In this document: piece by piece, positions 28,012 to 36,179 of the stretch
How positions within the stretch are numbered: position 1 is the stretch's first letter
Layout: every line of letters starts with the position of its first letter
From: a virus
Taxonomy: Duplodnaviria; Caudoviricetes
Direction: 5' to 3' (one strand)
IMG/VR virus record: IMGVR_UViG_3300005937_000009
Location: 1-64,000 of that record
Length of the DNA: 64,000 bases
Program-made: the position numbers and the translations under genes
The notes under the pieces: model-generated
Seen by the model: the letters and a program-made list of their open reading frames with translations, nothing else
The model's database searches: none
What the model was told of the DNA's origin: nothing

Positions 28012-29015
28012 TAGCTCTTTTTGCCGCCGTTCTTCGGCTTCTCGGTGGGCTCTTCCGGTTCAGGTGTGATGTTTTGGGGGGATACGGACGGCACGACCAC
28101 GGAGGGCGCATTCTGCGCGAGCAACAGCGCAATCACTTCGTTCAATTGCCCCTGCGATTCGGCCTGTTGCTTCAAAACGGCCACCAGATCGGCTAGCCCG
28201 GTCTCTCCCGCTTTAGCCTTGTCGCTCAGCTTATCAAGAGCCTTCGCGGTCTGATACTCTGCGGTATGGATTTCAGGCAAGCCGGTGCGGCGCAACATCT
28301 CATAATCCGTGTTGTCGTACTTCTTCTTGTACCCTTCGTCTTTGGGCTCCAATTTCATCAATGAATGGGTGACGGTGAGAAGATGCCGCTGTATCCGGTC
28401 GGCGCTCTCGATCGCTTCGAGGAGTTCGCGGCCTACTCGAAAGACCAGCTCACTAAAAACGATATCGCCGCCGCGCAAGGGGGCGCCTTGCAGATCGTCA
28501 ATGCGCGCCTGGAGATATGCGGCAACATCTTCGTTCTTCTCCGGGAGGTCGGGCCATTCGGGAAAGAATAGCGCCGTCAAGTCCTTCTCCCGATAGAGAC
28601 GGTCCCCGAGTTCGCATCTGAGAGAAGTAATCTCATAGAGCCCGGTCTTGCGCTCTGCGGCCTCCTCCAGTGCGATAAGGTTCTGTGCCTCATAATGGGC
28701 GTATACGCGCTCGGAAGCCCATGCGTAGTCTTTTCCCATGGGGTCCATCACTTCAGAACCGGGAATGCGTTCGCCTTCGCGGATCTCGTAATAGTTCCTC
28801 CGTCTCGGCACTGTCCGACATGGGGTGATCTCTCCGCGCAGTAGCCGACGCTGTGGGATGGCCAGGCTATCAACGCTCAGAACCTCCCATCCAAACTGGA
28901 CGAAATACCGGAAGGCGTTAAGGTTGACATCCTCTTGAATCGGCCCGGTGGGTTGGTTCCCAAAGATGATTTCGCGCGCGCTAGTCGGCGCTTGCATCAC
29001 TGCTGACATTTGCAC
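28011..29015 (-). CDS. Hypothetical protein (head module)
   Basis: 334-aa ORF in the operon, coupled to the MTase start. Confidence 0.7.
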   Translation of the reverse strand: MQMSAVMQAPTSAREIIFGNQPTGPIQEDVNLNAFRYFVQFGWEVLSVDSLAIPQRRLLRGEITPCRTVPRRRNYYEIREGERIPGSEVMDPMGKDYAWASERVYAHYEAQNLIALEEAAERKTGLYEITSLRCELGDRLYREKDLTALFFPEWPDLPEKNEDVAAYLQARIDDLQGAPLRGGDIVFSELVFRVGRELLEAIESADRIQRHLLTVTHSLMKLEPKDEGYKKKYDNTDYEMLRRTGLPEIHTAEYQTAKALDKLSDKAKAGETGLADLVAVLKQQAESQGQLNEVIALLLAQNAPSVVVPSVSPQNITPEPEEPTEKPKNGGKKS

Positions 29016-29823
29016 TTCTCTCTTTCTGCCATTGGTTTATTTGCAGGATCGAAGCTCCAGAGCGGCTGTGTCCCGCTGTGAAATGGAATTTCCCATTGCT
29101 CAATACCGATGGATCGAAGGTGGTAAACCGGTGTCTGTGGGTCTGAAACCAATCGTCGATCATCTCGCGCATCGGTTTACGCCATTGCTCCTCACGCCAG
29201 GCGGTAAACTCGTCTGTGCGTTTCTCGATCTGCTCATCCGAGGGCGCAAGCTGATCATTCGCGGCGTGGTCCCGGTTCCAGATCATGCGGCGGATTCGCT
29301 GAAGATCCGTATCTGTCGGTGGCCGGTAGGCTCCAAGACAGGGTTCATAGTTGACGATCTCCTGCCCGTTACAACACAGTTCATCGTGGTACGCGATGCA
29401 GAAGACATGGGAGTAGAAACCATCATCGGGAAGCGGCCCTAGAATATCTTCGAGCGCAAAGCCGGTGGCCTCGCTGCGGTGATACCTGGCATTCTCCCAT
29501 GCATTGTTCTTCATGAGTTCAGCGCGGGAGTGGAGTTGCAGGAGATAGAAGCGGGGATTGCCGATATCGTGGATCTCCCCCGCTTCTTCATACCGCCAGA
29601 ATGGAAACTGTAGGCGCCTGCGGCCCATCAGCCACATGCCGGCGTGTTCCATATCCTGCCCCCATACGATCCTCAGTATTGAGAACCCTTCGACAGTCTT
29701 ACCGGCAATCTTGTCTATGCGCTCCTGCCAGGGTATCAGATCGACAGGAGAGGGAAGATTACCGGCTTTGACTATCTGTGATTCAATATCGAAGATCGGA
29801 TGGGATGCGCGGTGAGTGTTCAT
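28981..29823 (-). CDS. Hypothetical protein (head module)
   Basis: 280-aa ORF; TAATG coupling with the upstream gene. Confidence 0.7.
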   Translation of the reverse strand: MNTHRASHPIFDIESQIVKAGNLPSPVDLIPWQERIDKIAGKTVEGFSILRIVWGQDMEHAGMWLMGRRRLQFPFWRYEEAGEIHDIGNPRFYLLQLHSRAELMKNNAWENARYHRSEATGFALEDILGPLPDDGFYSHVFCIAYHDELCCNGQEIVNYEPCLGAYRPPTDTDLQRIRRMIWNRDHAANDQLAPSDEQIEKRTDEFTAWREEQWRKPMREMIDDWFQTHRHRFTTFDPSVLSNGKFHFTAGHSRSGASILQINQWQKERSANVSSDASAD

Positions 29824-30116
29824 TAAGTGACTACGTACAGAATGGCATCTGCCGTGACGGAGGTTGAGGCGTTGGATGCGCCGAGCGTAAAGACGACCTG
29901 CGTATCCGTGCCGTTGGTGCCGAGGGTCGTATCAGCGGCACCGCTGCATACTGCGGAGACCACAAAGCGGCCTCCCGCATCGGCTGCGGTGATCGTGATG
30001 GTATCTCCGACAGTTCCCCCGCCGAGACGATAGAATGTCATTAAGAAAGGTCCAGCAGTCGGATAAGGACTGCTTAAACCCTGTGCGGTTACTTTGGTTG
30101 CAGCTCTTGTCGCCAT
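29823..30116 (-). CDS. Putative capsid decoration protein (paralogue B)
   Basis: MATRA start; FYR..GGTVGDTITI, TQVVFTL motifs shared with its neighbour; directly downstream of the capsid gene. Confidence 0.6.
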   Translation of the reverse strand: MATRAATKVTAQGLSSPYPTAGPFLMTFYRLGGGTVGDTITITAADAGGRFVVSAVCSGAADTTLGTNGTDTQVVFTLGASNASTSVTADAILYVVT

Positions 30117-30125
30117 CGGTCCCCC

Positions 30126-30431
30126 TTACAGTCTGCGGCAGAGAAGCTGCACGTCATAAACGACCGATGTAGAAGCACCCGAGGCATCGTAGGTCAGTAC
30201 TACTTGAGTATTGGCCGATGTGCTTAAGCTGCTCTCTGCCGGCGCGGTCCCCATCACGGCGCGGATATCGGCGGATTGCGCATCAGAGGCGGGAATGGTG
30301 ACGGTATCGCCAGCGGTCCCGGCCTGAACGCGGTAAAACGCGATGATAAGGCCATCTTCCGTAAAGGTGATGGGCAAAGTACCGCCGGAAACGATTGCGG
30401 TAGAAACGTTTGTATATGCTCTTGTAGCCAT
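30126..30431 (-). CDS. Putative capsid decoration protein (paralogue A)
   Basis: MATRA start; FYRVQAGTAGDTVTI, TQVVLTY; strong AGGAG SD. Confidence 0.6.
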   Translation of the reverse strand: MATRAYTNVSTAIVSGGTLPITFTEDGLIIAFYRVQAGTAGDTVTIPASDAQSADIRAVMGTAPAESSLSTSANTQVVLTYDASGASTSVVYDVQLLCRRL

Positions 30432-30447
30432 AACTCCTTTGCCTCCT

Positions 30448-31710
30448 TTAATTTATATCCGCAACCTGGGTTGCTAAGCCTACCACGCTGCATCGCTTTA
30501 TAAGGGCGTGGCATCTTGGTTCCTCCGTTCCCCAATTTGCCCACATGCCAATGGCTCCCGTGTAGGCGTCGGCACCGTATCCGGTCGAGCCTGAGCGCAT
30601 GCGCAACTTGTTGCCGTCGGCATCGTAAGTATCGAGCGGCCTTTCCTCGTACTTCTTCAACTCGCTCTTGACGAGCAAATAAACGCGGTCTTCGTCGCAA
30701 TCCGGATCGACAGCGGCTACCGTGTCCCCATGCTGCCACTTGTCAAAAGACTGATCGAAGATCTTTGCGTCTCCATCCCATCTCTTGAAGTTCTGGCCCA
30801 ACTGCGTCAACGCCTGATCCTGCGCGAGCGACATGACAGCGATAAGAGTTTTTGCCTTGCCGATGCCGGCACGAGAGATCAAGAGCCGCTTGGTGTAGTT
30901 GAAATCGGCGGTTGTGATGGCCGCACCGTTGAGATCGCGCACCGGGCAGCGCAATTGCGGGTAGGTGTTCCGCGATTGGAGTTGAAACGTTCCGGTATCG
31001 TTGTTCACGATGTACGCCAAGCCTCGCGGCATCTTGTACAGTGAATTGGAGAGGACGAGGATATCGCCATCAGTCGCGCCCGAGACAGCGGCGGCAATGG
31101 TGATGGTTTTCGCGGCCTTGGCTGTTACCTGGACCGTGGCCCGGTAGGTCGCCAGCGTCGAGTCATACCAATCATAGCGCTCGGATACTTCCATATGCCG
31201 CGCTCCCTTGGTCGAACCAAAGGTAGAAAGCGGCGTATGATCGATCGCGTTGTAGAGCGTAACGGTGGTGGTCCCCGATTTGTATGTCGATCGGAGGCCG
31301 GAACCATCGTTATAGACCTGGCGATTACATTCTTTCTTAATCGCCATCATCTCAAATTCCATATATCCGGGCAGGCCATCGATCATCGATCCCTTACCCG
31401 CGAAGTTGTTGAGCGCTCGCCCGGTGATTTCGAAAGCTTTCGAAATGTTCATCGGATAGACGAACATATCGTCATTCGTGAATGCACCGGGTTGATTGAA
31501 CGCGCCACCCTCCGCAATACCACTGACGCCTACGGGCGGGCGGAGATTGGACGGCACGCGAAAGCCTTTACCCTGCACATACTCAGTGCTCGCGGCCTTC
31601 TCGAATAGGTTGTATGTCGCGGTCTCTTGCTCAAACTGAGGTCTGAGCGAGTTAGCGACAAGTTGATCCAGTGCGGGGGCGATTGCCGCAATATTTACTG
31701 CAACACCCAT
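30448..31710 (-). CDS. Major capsid protein (HK97 fold)
   Basis: 420 aa after the scaffold gene; GVSGIAEGGAF, MPRGLAYIV, DRVYLL patterns; strong GGAGGT SD. Confidence 0.8.
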   Translation of the reverse strand: MGVAVNIAAIAPALDQLVANSLRPQFEQETATYNLFEKAASTEYVQGKGFRVPSNLRPPVGVSGIAEGGAFNQPGAFTNDDMFVYPMNISKAFEITGRALNNFAGKGSMIDGLPGYMEFEMMAIKKECNRQVYNDGSGLRSTYKSGTTTVTLYNAIDHTPLSTFGSTKGARHMEVSERYDWYDSTLATYRATVQVTAKAAKTITIAAAVSGATDGDILVLSNSLYKMPRGLAYIVNNDTGTFQLQSRNTYPQLRCPVRDLNGAAITTADFNYTKRLLISRAGIGKAKTLIAVMSLAQDQALTQLGQNFKRWDGDAKIFDQSFDKWQHGDTVAAVDPDCDEDRVYLLVKSELKKYEERPLDTYDADGNKLRMRSGSTGYGADAYTGAIGMWANWGTEEPRCHALIKRCSVVGLATQVADIN

Positions 31711-31729
31711 AATCTGTTACCTCCTGCCC

Positions 31730-33058
31730 CTAGCCCTTCGGAAGCTGAGACATGACTTGCGCCCACCATTCAGGGTTGGTCTTGCCGTCTTTAGTGACGG
31801 GTGGCGGTCCCCCTGCTCCGTTGTTGGTCGCGCTCATGCCTGCTATCTCGCGGCGTTGTGGGGCGGCTTGTCGTTGGGTTTCTCGGTAGGCCCGCGCATC
31901 CCGGAATACTGAATCAAGCATCTGGATTCGATCTTTCATCAACTGGCCGAGGCGGGTGTTGAACTGCGCGGCCATGCCACGCGCCCGCTGTTCGTCCTGG
32001 CCCGCTGCCATGCCTTCATTGTGAAGACGGCGCAAGGGCGCATTACGAAGCATTGAGAGCGTATCGTGATACATCTGAGACCATTTCTGGTCCGCAAGAA
32101 GATCAGCGAAAGCGCCTTCCACGACCATTTTGTAGATTGATTGATTCTGTGCCGAGTTATCCGGGCCGAACGGTTGCCATTTATTTAATTGCGCGAAATG
32201 GGCCTGTTCATATTGATCAGAGAGTGTCGTAATGCTCGCCTCGCCCTGCTGCTTCGCCTGGTCCACCTGATAGCGCCATGCCGCTTCGGCCTGTTGCCGC
32301 TGCCCTGCTGTCAATTGGTTCAATTGCTCAATCCGTTTCAAAAATCCGGCTTGAGCCTCCGGGCTGACCAGCTCTTGAAACTCCGCCACGTCTTCGCGGC
32401 TGAGATTTCGAGCGATGTTCTGAAGGTTCTGGGGTAGGCTTGCGATCGTCTCGTCATCAATATAACCAGTCGGCGCACTGGCGGCCTGTTCGGGGAGCAA
32501 TCCGCGCTCCTGCAATTGCTGGACGAGATAGGCGGGCTCATACTCTAGGAGAGCGTCTGCTATCTGCCAGTATGCCGGGGTCGCGTTCTCCGCGATTGCC
32601 TGTAAAAAGGGGAGCGTGCCTTGTCCGGGGTCAGCAATGAGATTGTTGACCAGTTCCAGACCCGGTGCCGCCGCCTCGATGCCGCCGAATTGATCAAACT
32701 GCCCTAACTGCTGCCGCAATTGGGCGTTTTCGCTCTTCAGCGTCTTCAGTTGTGCCCGTGCGCCTCGTAGATCCTCGACCAGCTTGGGCGCTCTTGCCTG
32801 ATCCAGTTGTTGATCCTGCAAGTATTGGCCGATTTGCTCGTCGGTCAGATCCTCGATTCCCGGTGTTTCCTGCGCCTGGTCGTCAAAGGACCACCCAGCG
32901 GAGAAAAGATCCTCTCCCGCAGGTTGTGCGCTCTGTGCGCCCTGGTCCGTAGTCCCGGTGGAAACAGCCGCATCACTGCCACCCGCGCCAGTGGCCCCAA
33001 CGGTTGAGGGTGCCGATGATGAGTCGGCAGATGTCGCGCTAGAAATTTCGTCAGGCAT
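31730..33058 (-). CDS. Capsid scaffolding protein
   Basis: Acidic disordered N-terminus and coiled coils, immediately upstream of the capsid gene. Confidence 0.7.
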   Translation of the reverse strand: MPDEISSATSADSSSAPSTVGATGAGGSDAAVSTGTTDQGAQSAQPAGEDLFSAGWSFDDQAQETPGIEDLTDEQIGQYLQDQQLDQARAPKLVEDLRGARAQLKTLKSENAQLRQQLGQFDQFGGIEAAAPGLELVNNLIADPGQGTLPFLQAIAENATPAYWQIADALLEYEPAYLVQQLQERGLLPEQAASAPTGYIDDETIASLPQNLQNIARNLSREDVAEFQELVSPEAQAGFLKRIEQLNQLTAGQRQQAEAAWRYQVDQAKQQGEASITTLSDQYEQAHFAQLNKWQPFGPDNSAQNQSIYKMVVEGAFADLLADQKWSQMYHDTLSMLRNAPLRRLHNEGMAAGQDEQRARGMAAQFNTRLGQLMKDRIQMLDSVFRDARAYRETQRQAAPQRREIAGMSATNNGAGGPPPVTKDGKTNPEWWAQVMSQLPKG

Positions 33059-33065
33059 ATAAATG

Positions 33066-33106
33066 CAAAAAGCCCGCTGAAAAACCGTATGGTCATTCAG
33101 CGGGCT
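33066..33106 (-). terminator. Terminator-like hairpin just upstream of the scaffold start codon
   Basis: AGCCCGCTGAA/TTCAGCGGGCT stem plus a U-tract ending about 8 nt before the ATG at 33058. Confidence 0.6.
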
Positions 33107-33175
33107 CTAGTGTTCGTGGTCGCGTACTCTCCGAGCGGGAGGGGACGCGGAATTGACTAGATACTGCCTATAAAG

Positions 33176-33301
33176 TTATGGATTAGTCGTGGTGCTGTCT
33201 TCTAGTTTGAGTTCGGCTAACAGCTTGCGCAGTCCTGAGACTATCAGGCTGAAGCCTTGGATCAAGAGTTGTATAAGGGTAATAGTCTGCTGTCGGGTCA
33301 T
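33176..33301 (-). CDS. Small amphipathic peptide (41 aa; not in the ORF track)
   Basis: MTRQQTITLIQLLIQGFSLIVSGLRKLLAELKLEDSTTTNP; ATGA overlap with the upstream ORF. Confidence 0.45.
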   Translation of the reverse strand: MTRQQTITLIQLLIQGFSLIVSGLRKLLAELKLEDSTTTNP

Positions 33302-33528
33302 GGCTCCGGGATCTTCCAGCCCTTTGAGCGTACTTCTTCATTGCGCTGCCGCTTCGCCGCAATGCGCTTGTAGAGTTCGGCTTCGCCTTCGAATTGTTCT
33401 TTCAAGCTATCTTGCAGCTCGAGGAGTATGGCGCGCATCTGATCGGTGGTGACGTGCTTGATCCGCTTCGGTCTCGGTCGAAACCGGGCAATGATCGCAG
33501 AAATGAGATGCTTAAGCCTTTGTAGCAT
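33298..33528 (-). CDS. Hypothetical protein
   Basis: 76-aa ORF overlapping the end of fcl. Confidence 0.5.
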   Translation of the reverse strand: MLQRLKHLISAIIARFRPRPKRIKHVTTDQMRAILLELQDSLKEQFEGEAELYKRIAAKRQRNEEVRSKGWKIPEP

Positions 33529-34465
33529 GCGCCGTTCTCTGGGCCTTGTACCAATCTACTGTTTCGCGCAGACCCGCGCCTAACCATCTCTTCGCGTTAA
33601 ATCCGAATTTGGCGTTGGCCTTTGAGACTTCAAGCCATCGGTTCATCTGCCCATCCGGCCTTGAATGATCCCATTGAATCTTGCCTCTGAATCCGCATTG
33701 AGACGCAATCAAGCATGCGATCTCTTCGATGCTGATGGCAACGCCCGTGCCGACGTTCACGGGATCGCTCGAATCATAGCGCTCGGCCGCAAGTAAGATG
33801 GCATCGACCGCATCTTCGACGTGGAGGAAGTCACGGGTAGGCCGACCAGTGCCCCAGAGGGTAATGGATTGCGCCCCGGTCTCGACCGCTTCCACACACT
33901 TTCGAATAATGGCCGGGATAACGTGCGAGGTCTCCGGGTCGAAGTTGTCACGCGGGCCGTAGAGATTGGCCAACAGGAGATTGATGGAATTGAATCCGTA
34001 CTGCGCTCGGTATGCCTGAGACTGGATGATGAGCGTTTTCTTGGCCATCCCGTAGGCTGCATTCGTCGGTTCAGGGTATCCGTTCCATAGATCTTCCTCA
34101 CGGAAGGGAACCGGCGTATTTTCGGGATAGCTGCAAATAGTACCGATGGAGATAAATTTGCGCACAGCCTCAATGCGCGCTCTCATCAGCAAGTACAAGC
34201 CCATCATGACATTAAAATCCCACATATCGGCGGGGCTTCCCTCGTTGAGTCCGATACCTCCACAATAGGCTGCACAGTGAATAATGCAATCTGGGTCTAT
34301 ATCATCAAATAAATCTTTGACTTCTGCTCTTTCACATAAATCGTAATCATCACTGGACGGCGCATAAACTGTCGCTCCTCGCGCTTGTAACTTCTCGACC
34401 ACATAAGAGCCGAGAAAGCCGGACCCGCCGGTCACTAACACACGCTGAAAAGGAAAGTCAGTCAT
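33512..34465 (-). CDS. fcl: GDP-L-fucose synthase (epimerase/reductase)
   Basis: VLVTGGSGFLGS, IHCAAYCGGIG, SIGTICSYP, YGMAK, NLYGPRDNFD, SHVIPAII, WGTG.PTRDFLHVED. Confidence 0.95.
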   Translation of the reverse strand: MTDFPFQRVLVTGGSGFLGSYVVEKLQARGATVYAPSSDDYDLCERAEVKDLFDDIDPDCIIHCAAYCGGIGLNEGSPADMWDFNVMMGLYLLMRARIEAVRKFISIGTICSYPENTPVPFREEDLWNGYPEPTNAAYGMAKKTLIIQSQAYRAQYGFNSINLLLANLYGPRDNFDPETSHVIPAIIRKCVEAVETGAQSITLWGTGRPTRDFLHVEDAVDAILLAAERYDSSDPVNVGTGVAISIEEIACLIASQCGFRGKIQWDHSRPDGQMNRWLEVSKANAKFGFNAKRWLGAGLRETVDWYKAQRTAHATKA

Positions 34466-34467
34466 AC

Positions 34468-35520
34468 TTACCGACCCGTCGCCTTGATATATCCCGCCGT
34501 ATATTCCGGGCCGACAGGGACGAAACTTTCGCCCCTACTACACCGGGCTTGCGCGAAGTCGCAATCTACCATGTTCTGCACAATCTGCTTAAATGTATGC
34601 TTCGGCTCCCATCCCAGCGCTTTCCGGGCCTTGCTCGCGTCTCCGCACAGCGAATGCAGTTCAGTTGGCCTGTACAATCGCGGGTCGATCTCAACGTAAT
34701 GCTGCCAGTCCATACCGAGATAGCCGAACGCTTCGTCAAGGATCTCACACACTGAATGACTTTCACCGGTCGCTATTACATAGTCGTCGGGCGTATCCTG
34801 CTGCATCATCAACCAGATCGCCTCTACGTAATCTGGAGCGTAACCGATATCGCGTTTTGCGTCGAGATTGCCGAGTTTCAGCGTCTTGTCCAATCTCAAC
34901 TTGATCCGCGCTGCCGCCTTCGTGATCTTGCGCGTTATGAAAGTCTCTTTCTGTCGCGCCGATGTGTGGTTGAAGAGAATACCGTTGACTACGAACAACT
35001 GCGTTGCCGCGTAGTAGCCGTGTCGGGCTTTCACTGCACATTGATAGGCTTCGTGCTTGCTCTCACCATAAGGAGAGCAGGGCTTAAACGGCGTCATTTC
35101 GTTTTGAATGTCATCCTCTGCATTTCCAAACATCTCGCTACTGCTCGCCTGATATATCTTTGGATAACCGGGAATTGTGGGCCAGTTCAATGCCGCTCTT
35201 AACAAGACTTGCACCATGCCGGCGGTATTCACATCCCTCGTATATTTCGGCATCTGAAAGCTGATCTGAACGTGAGACTGGGCGGCCAGATTGTATATCT
35301 CGTGTGGCTGGCATTCCTGCAACACCATTCGGATTGCATCTTCATCCAGCAGATCGCAATACCGCATCTGCAAATGTCTGTAGATATGGTCAATCCGCCC
35401 GGTATTGATCGAAGAACATGGTCTTTGCGTACCCCATACTTCATAACCCTTGCTCAACAGGAGTTCAGCAAGATAGCTCCCATCCATTCCGGTAATGCCG
35501 GTGATCAGCGCTCTTTTCAC
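34468..35520 (-). CDS. gmd: GDP-mannose 4,6-dehydratase
   Basis: ALITGITGMDGSYLAELLL, YNLAAQSHV, YQASSSEMFG, SPYGESK, NGILFNH, LGNLDAKRD.G.A.DYVEA.W.M.Q. Confidence 0.97.
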   Translation of the reverse strand: MKRALITGITGMDGSYLAELLLSKGYEVWGTQRPCSSINTGRIDHIYRHLQMRYCDLLDEDAIRMVLQECQPHEIYNLAAQSHVQISFQMPKYTRDVNTAGMVQVLLRAALNWPTIPGYPKIYQASSSEMFGNAEDDIQNEMTPFKPCSPYGESKHEAYQCAVKARHGYYAATQLFVVNGILFNHTSARQKETFITRKITKAAARIKLRLDKTLKLGNLDAKRDIGYAPDYVEAIWLMMQQDTPDDYVIATGESHSVCEILDEAFGYLGMDWQHYVEIDPRLYRPTELHSLCGDASKARKALGWEPKHTFKQIVQNMVDCDFAQARCSRGESFVPVGPEYTAGYIKATGR

Positions 35521-35771
35521 TGCTTTACCCGCTCGAAATGTACAGTAAATTCGTCGCCAACCTTCGTATCAGCAAGCAGGAATTGAGCCGGGATAGTGAA
35601 GAGCCCGTCCAACGAGAACCCCAAAGACGGCGCATCATTTACTATCCGGACCCCAAACGAATGATGAATGATCACCTCATATTGCCCGGACTTCAACGCC
35701 TCCACGGTCTGCCCCATGAGTGTTTCTTCTCGCCAGGTCTCGTTTATTACGTGGATTTTCAATGGTGCCAC
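35517..35771 (-). CDS. Hypothetical protein
   Basis: 84-aa ORF coupled to gmd. Confidence 0.55.
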   Translation of the reverse strand: MAPLKIHVINETWREETLMGQTVEALKSGQYEVIIHHSFGVRIVNDAPSLGFSLDGLFTIPAQFLLADTKVGDEFTVHFERVKQ

Positions 35772-35962
35772 CTCTTCGCATTGGCCGCGAAAACGGCCCG
35801 CTTCTTCAATGTCGGGTTGCTCGAATGAAGGGCTTTGCTCAACTTCTTCGCGGGAATCGGTTCGCCTTGCGCGACCCCGAGAGATTTATGCAACAGCCCC
35901 TTATGACTCGGCTTGATGTGGATACCCGATTTCCGGCTTTGCCGTTGCCTCTGTGCGTTCAT
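35759..35962 (-). CDS. Small basic protein (KGLLHKSLGV...IPAKKL family)
   Basis: Lys/Arg-rich; resembles small basic head-module proteins of environmental phages (from memory). Confidence 0.65.
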   Translation of the reverse strand: MNAQRQRQSRKSGIHIKPSHKGLLHKSLGVAQGEPIPAKKLSKALHSSNPTLKKRAVFAANAKRWHH

Positions 35963-36171
35963 CAGCCCTCCAGATGCGCGCCGCCTTTGGCCTTCCGGGA
36001 TTGCCGCGCACGCTGCGCCTTGCGGCCCGTGGGTGCGCGCTCCGGTAGGGATTTAGTCGGATAGCCTGAGACGTACTCTTCGGCCTTCTCCGGGCTCAAT
36101 CCCGGTGCCTGGATGCTTCCCGATGCGACCCCGCGCATAAAACGAGCCTGTTTCTTGGATACTGGCGGCAT
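35962..36171 (-). CDS. Small basic protein (MPxxSKKQARFM family)
   Basis: The MPPVSKKQARFM N-terminus is a recurrent motif in podovirus head modules. Confidence 0.65.
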   Translation of the reverse strand: MPPVSKKQARFMRGVASGSIQAPGLSPEKAEEYVSGYPTKSLPERAPTGRKAQRARQSRKAKGGAHLEG

Positions 36172-36179
36172 GATTCACC

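Noticed and set aside
30448-30470. Programmed frameshift extending the capsid protein
   Set aside because: No slippery heptamer before the stop; the next gene has its own strong SD.
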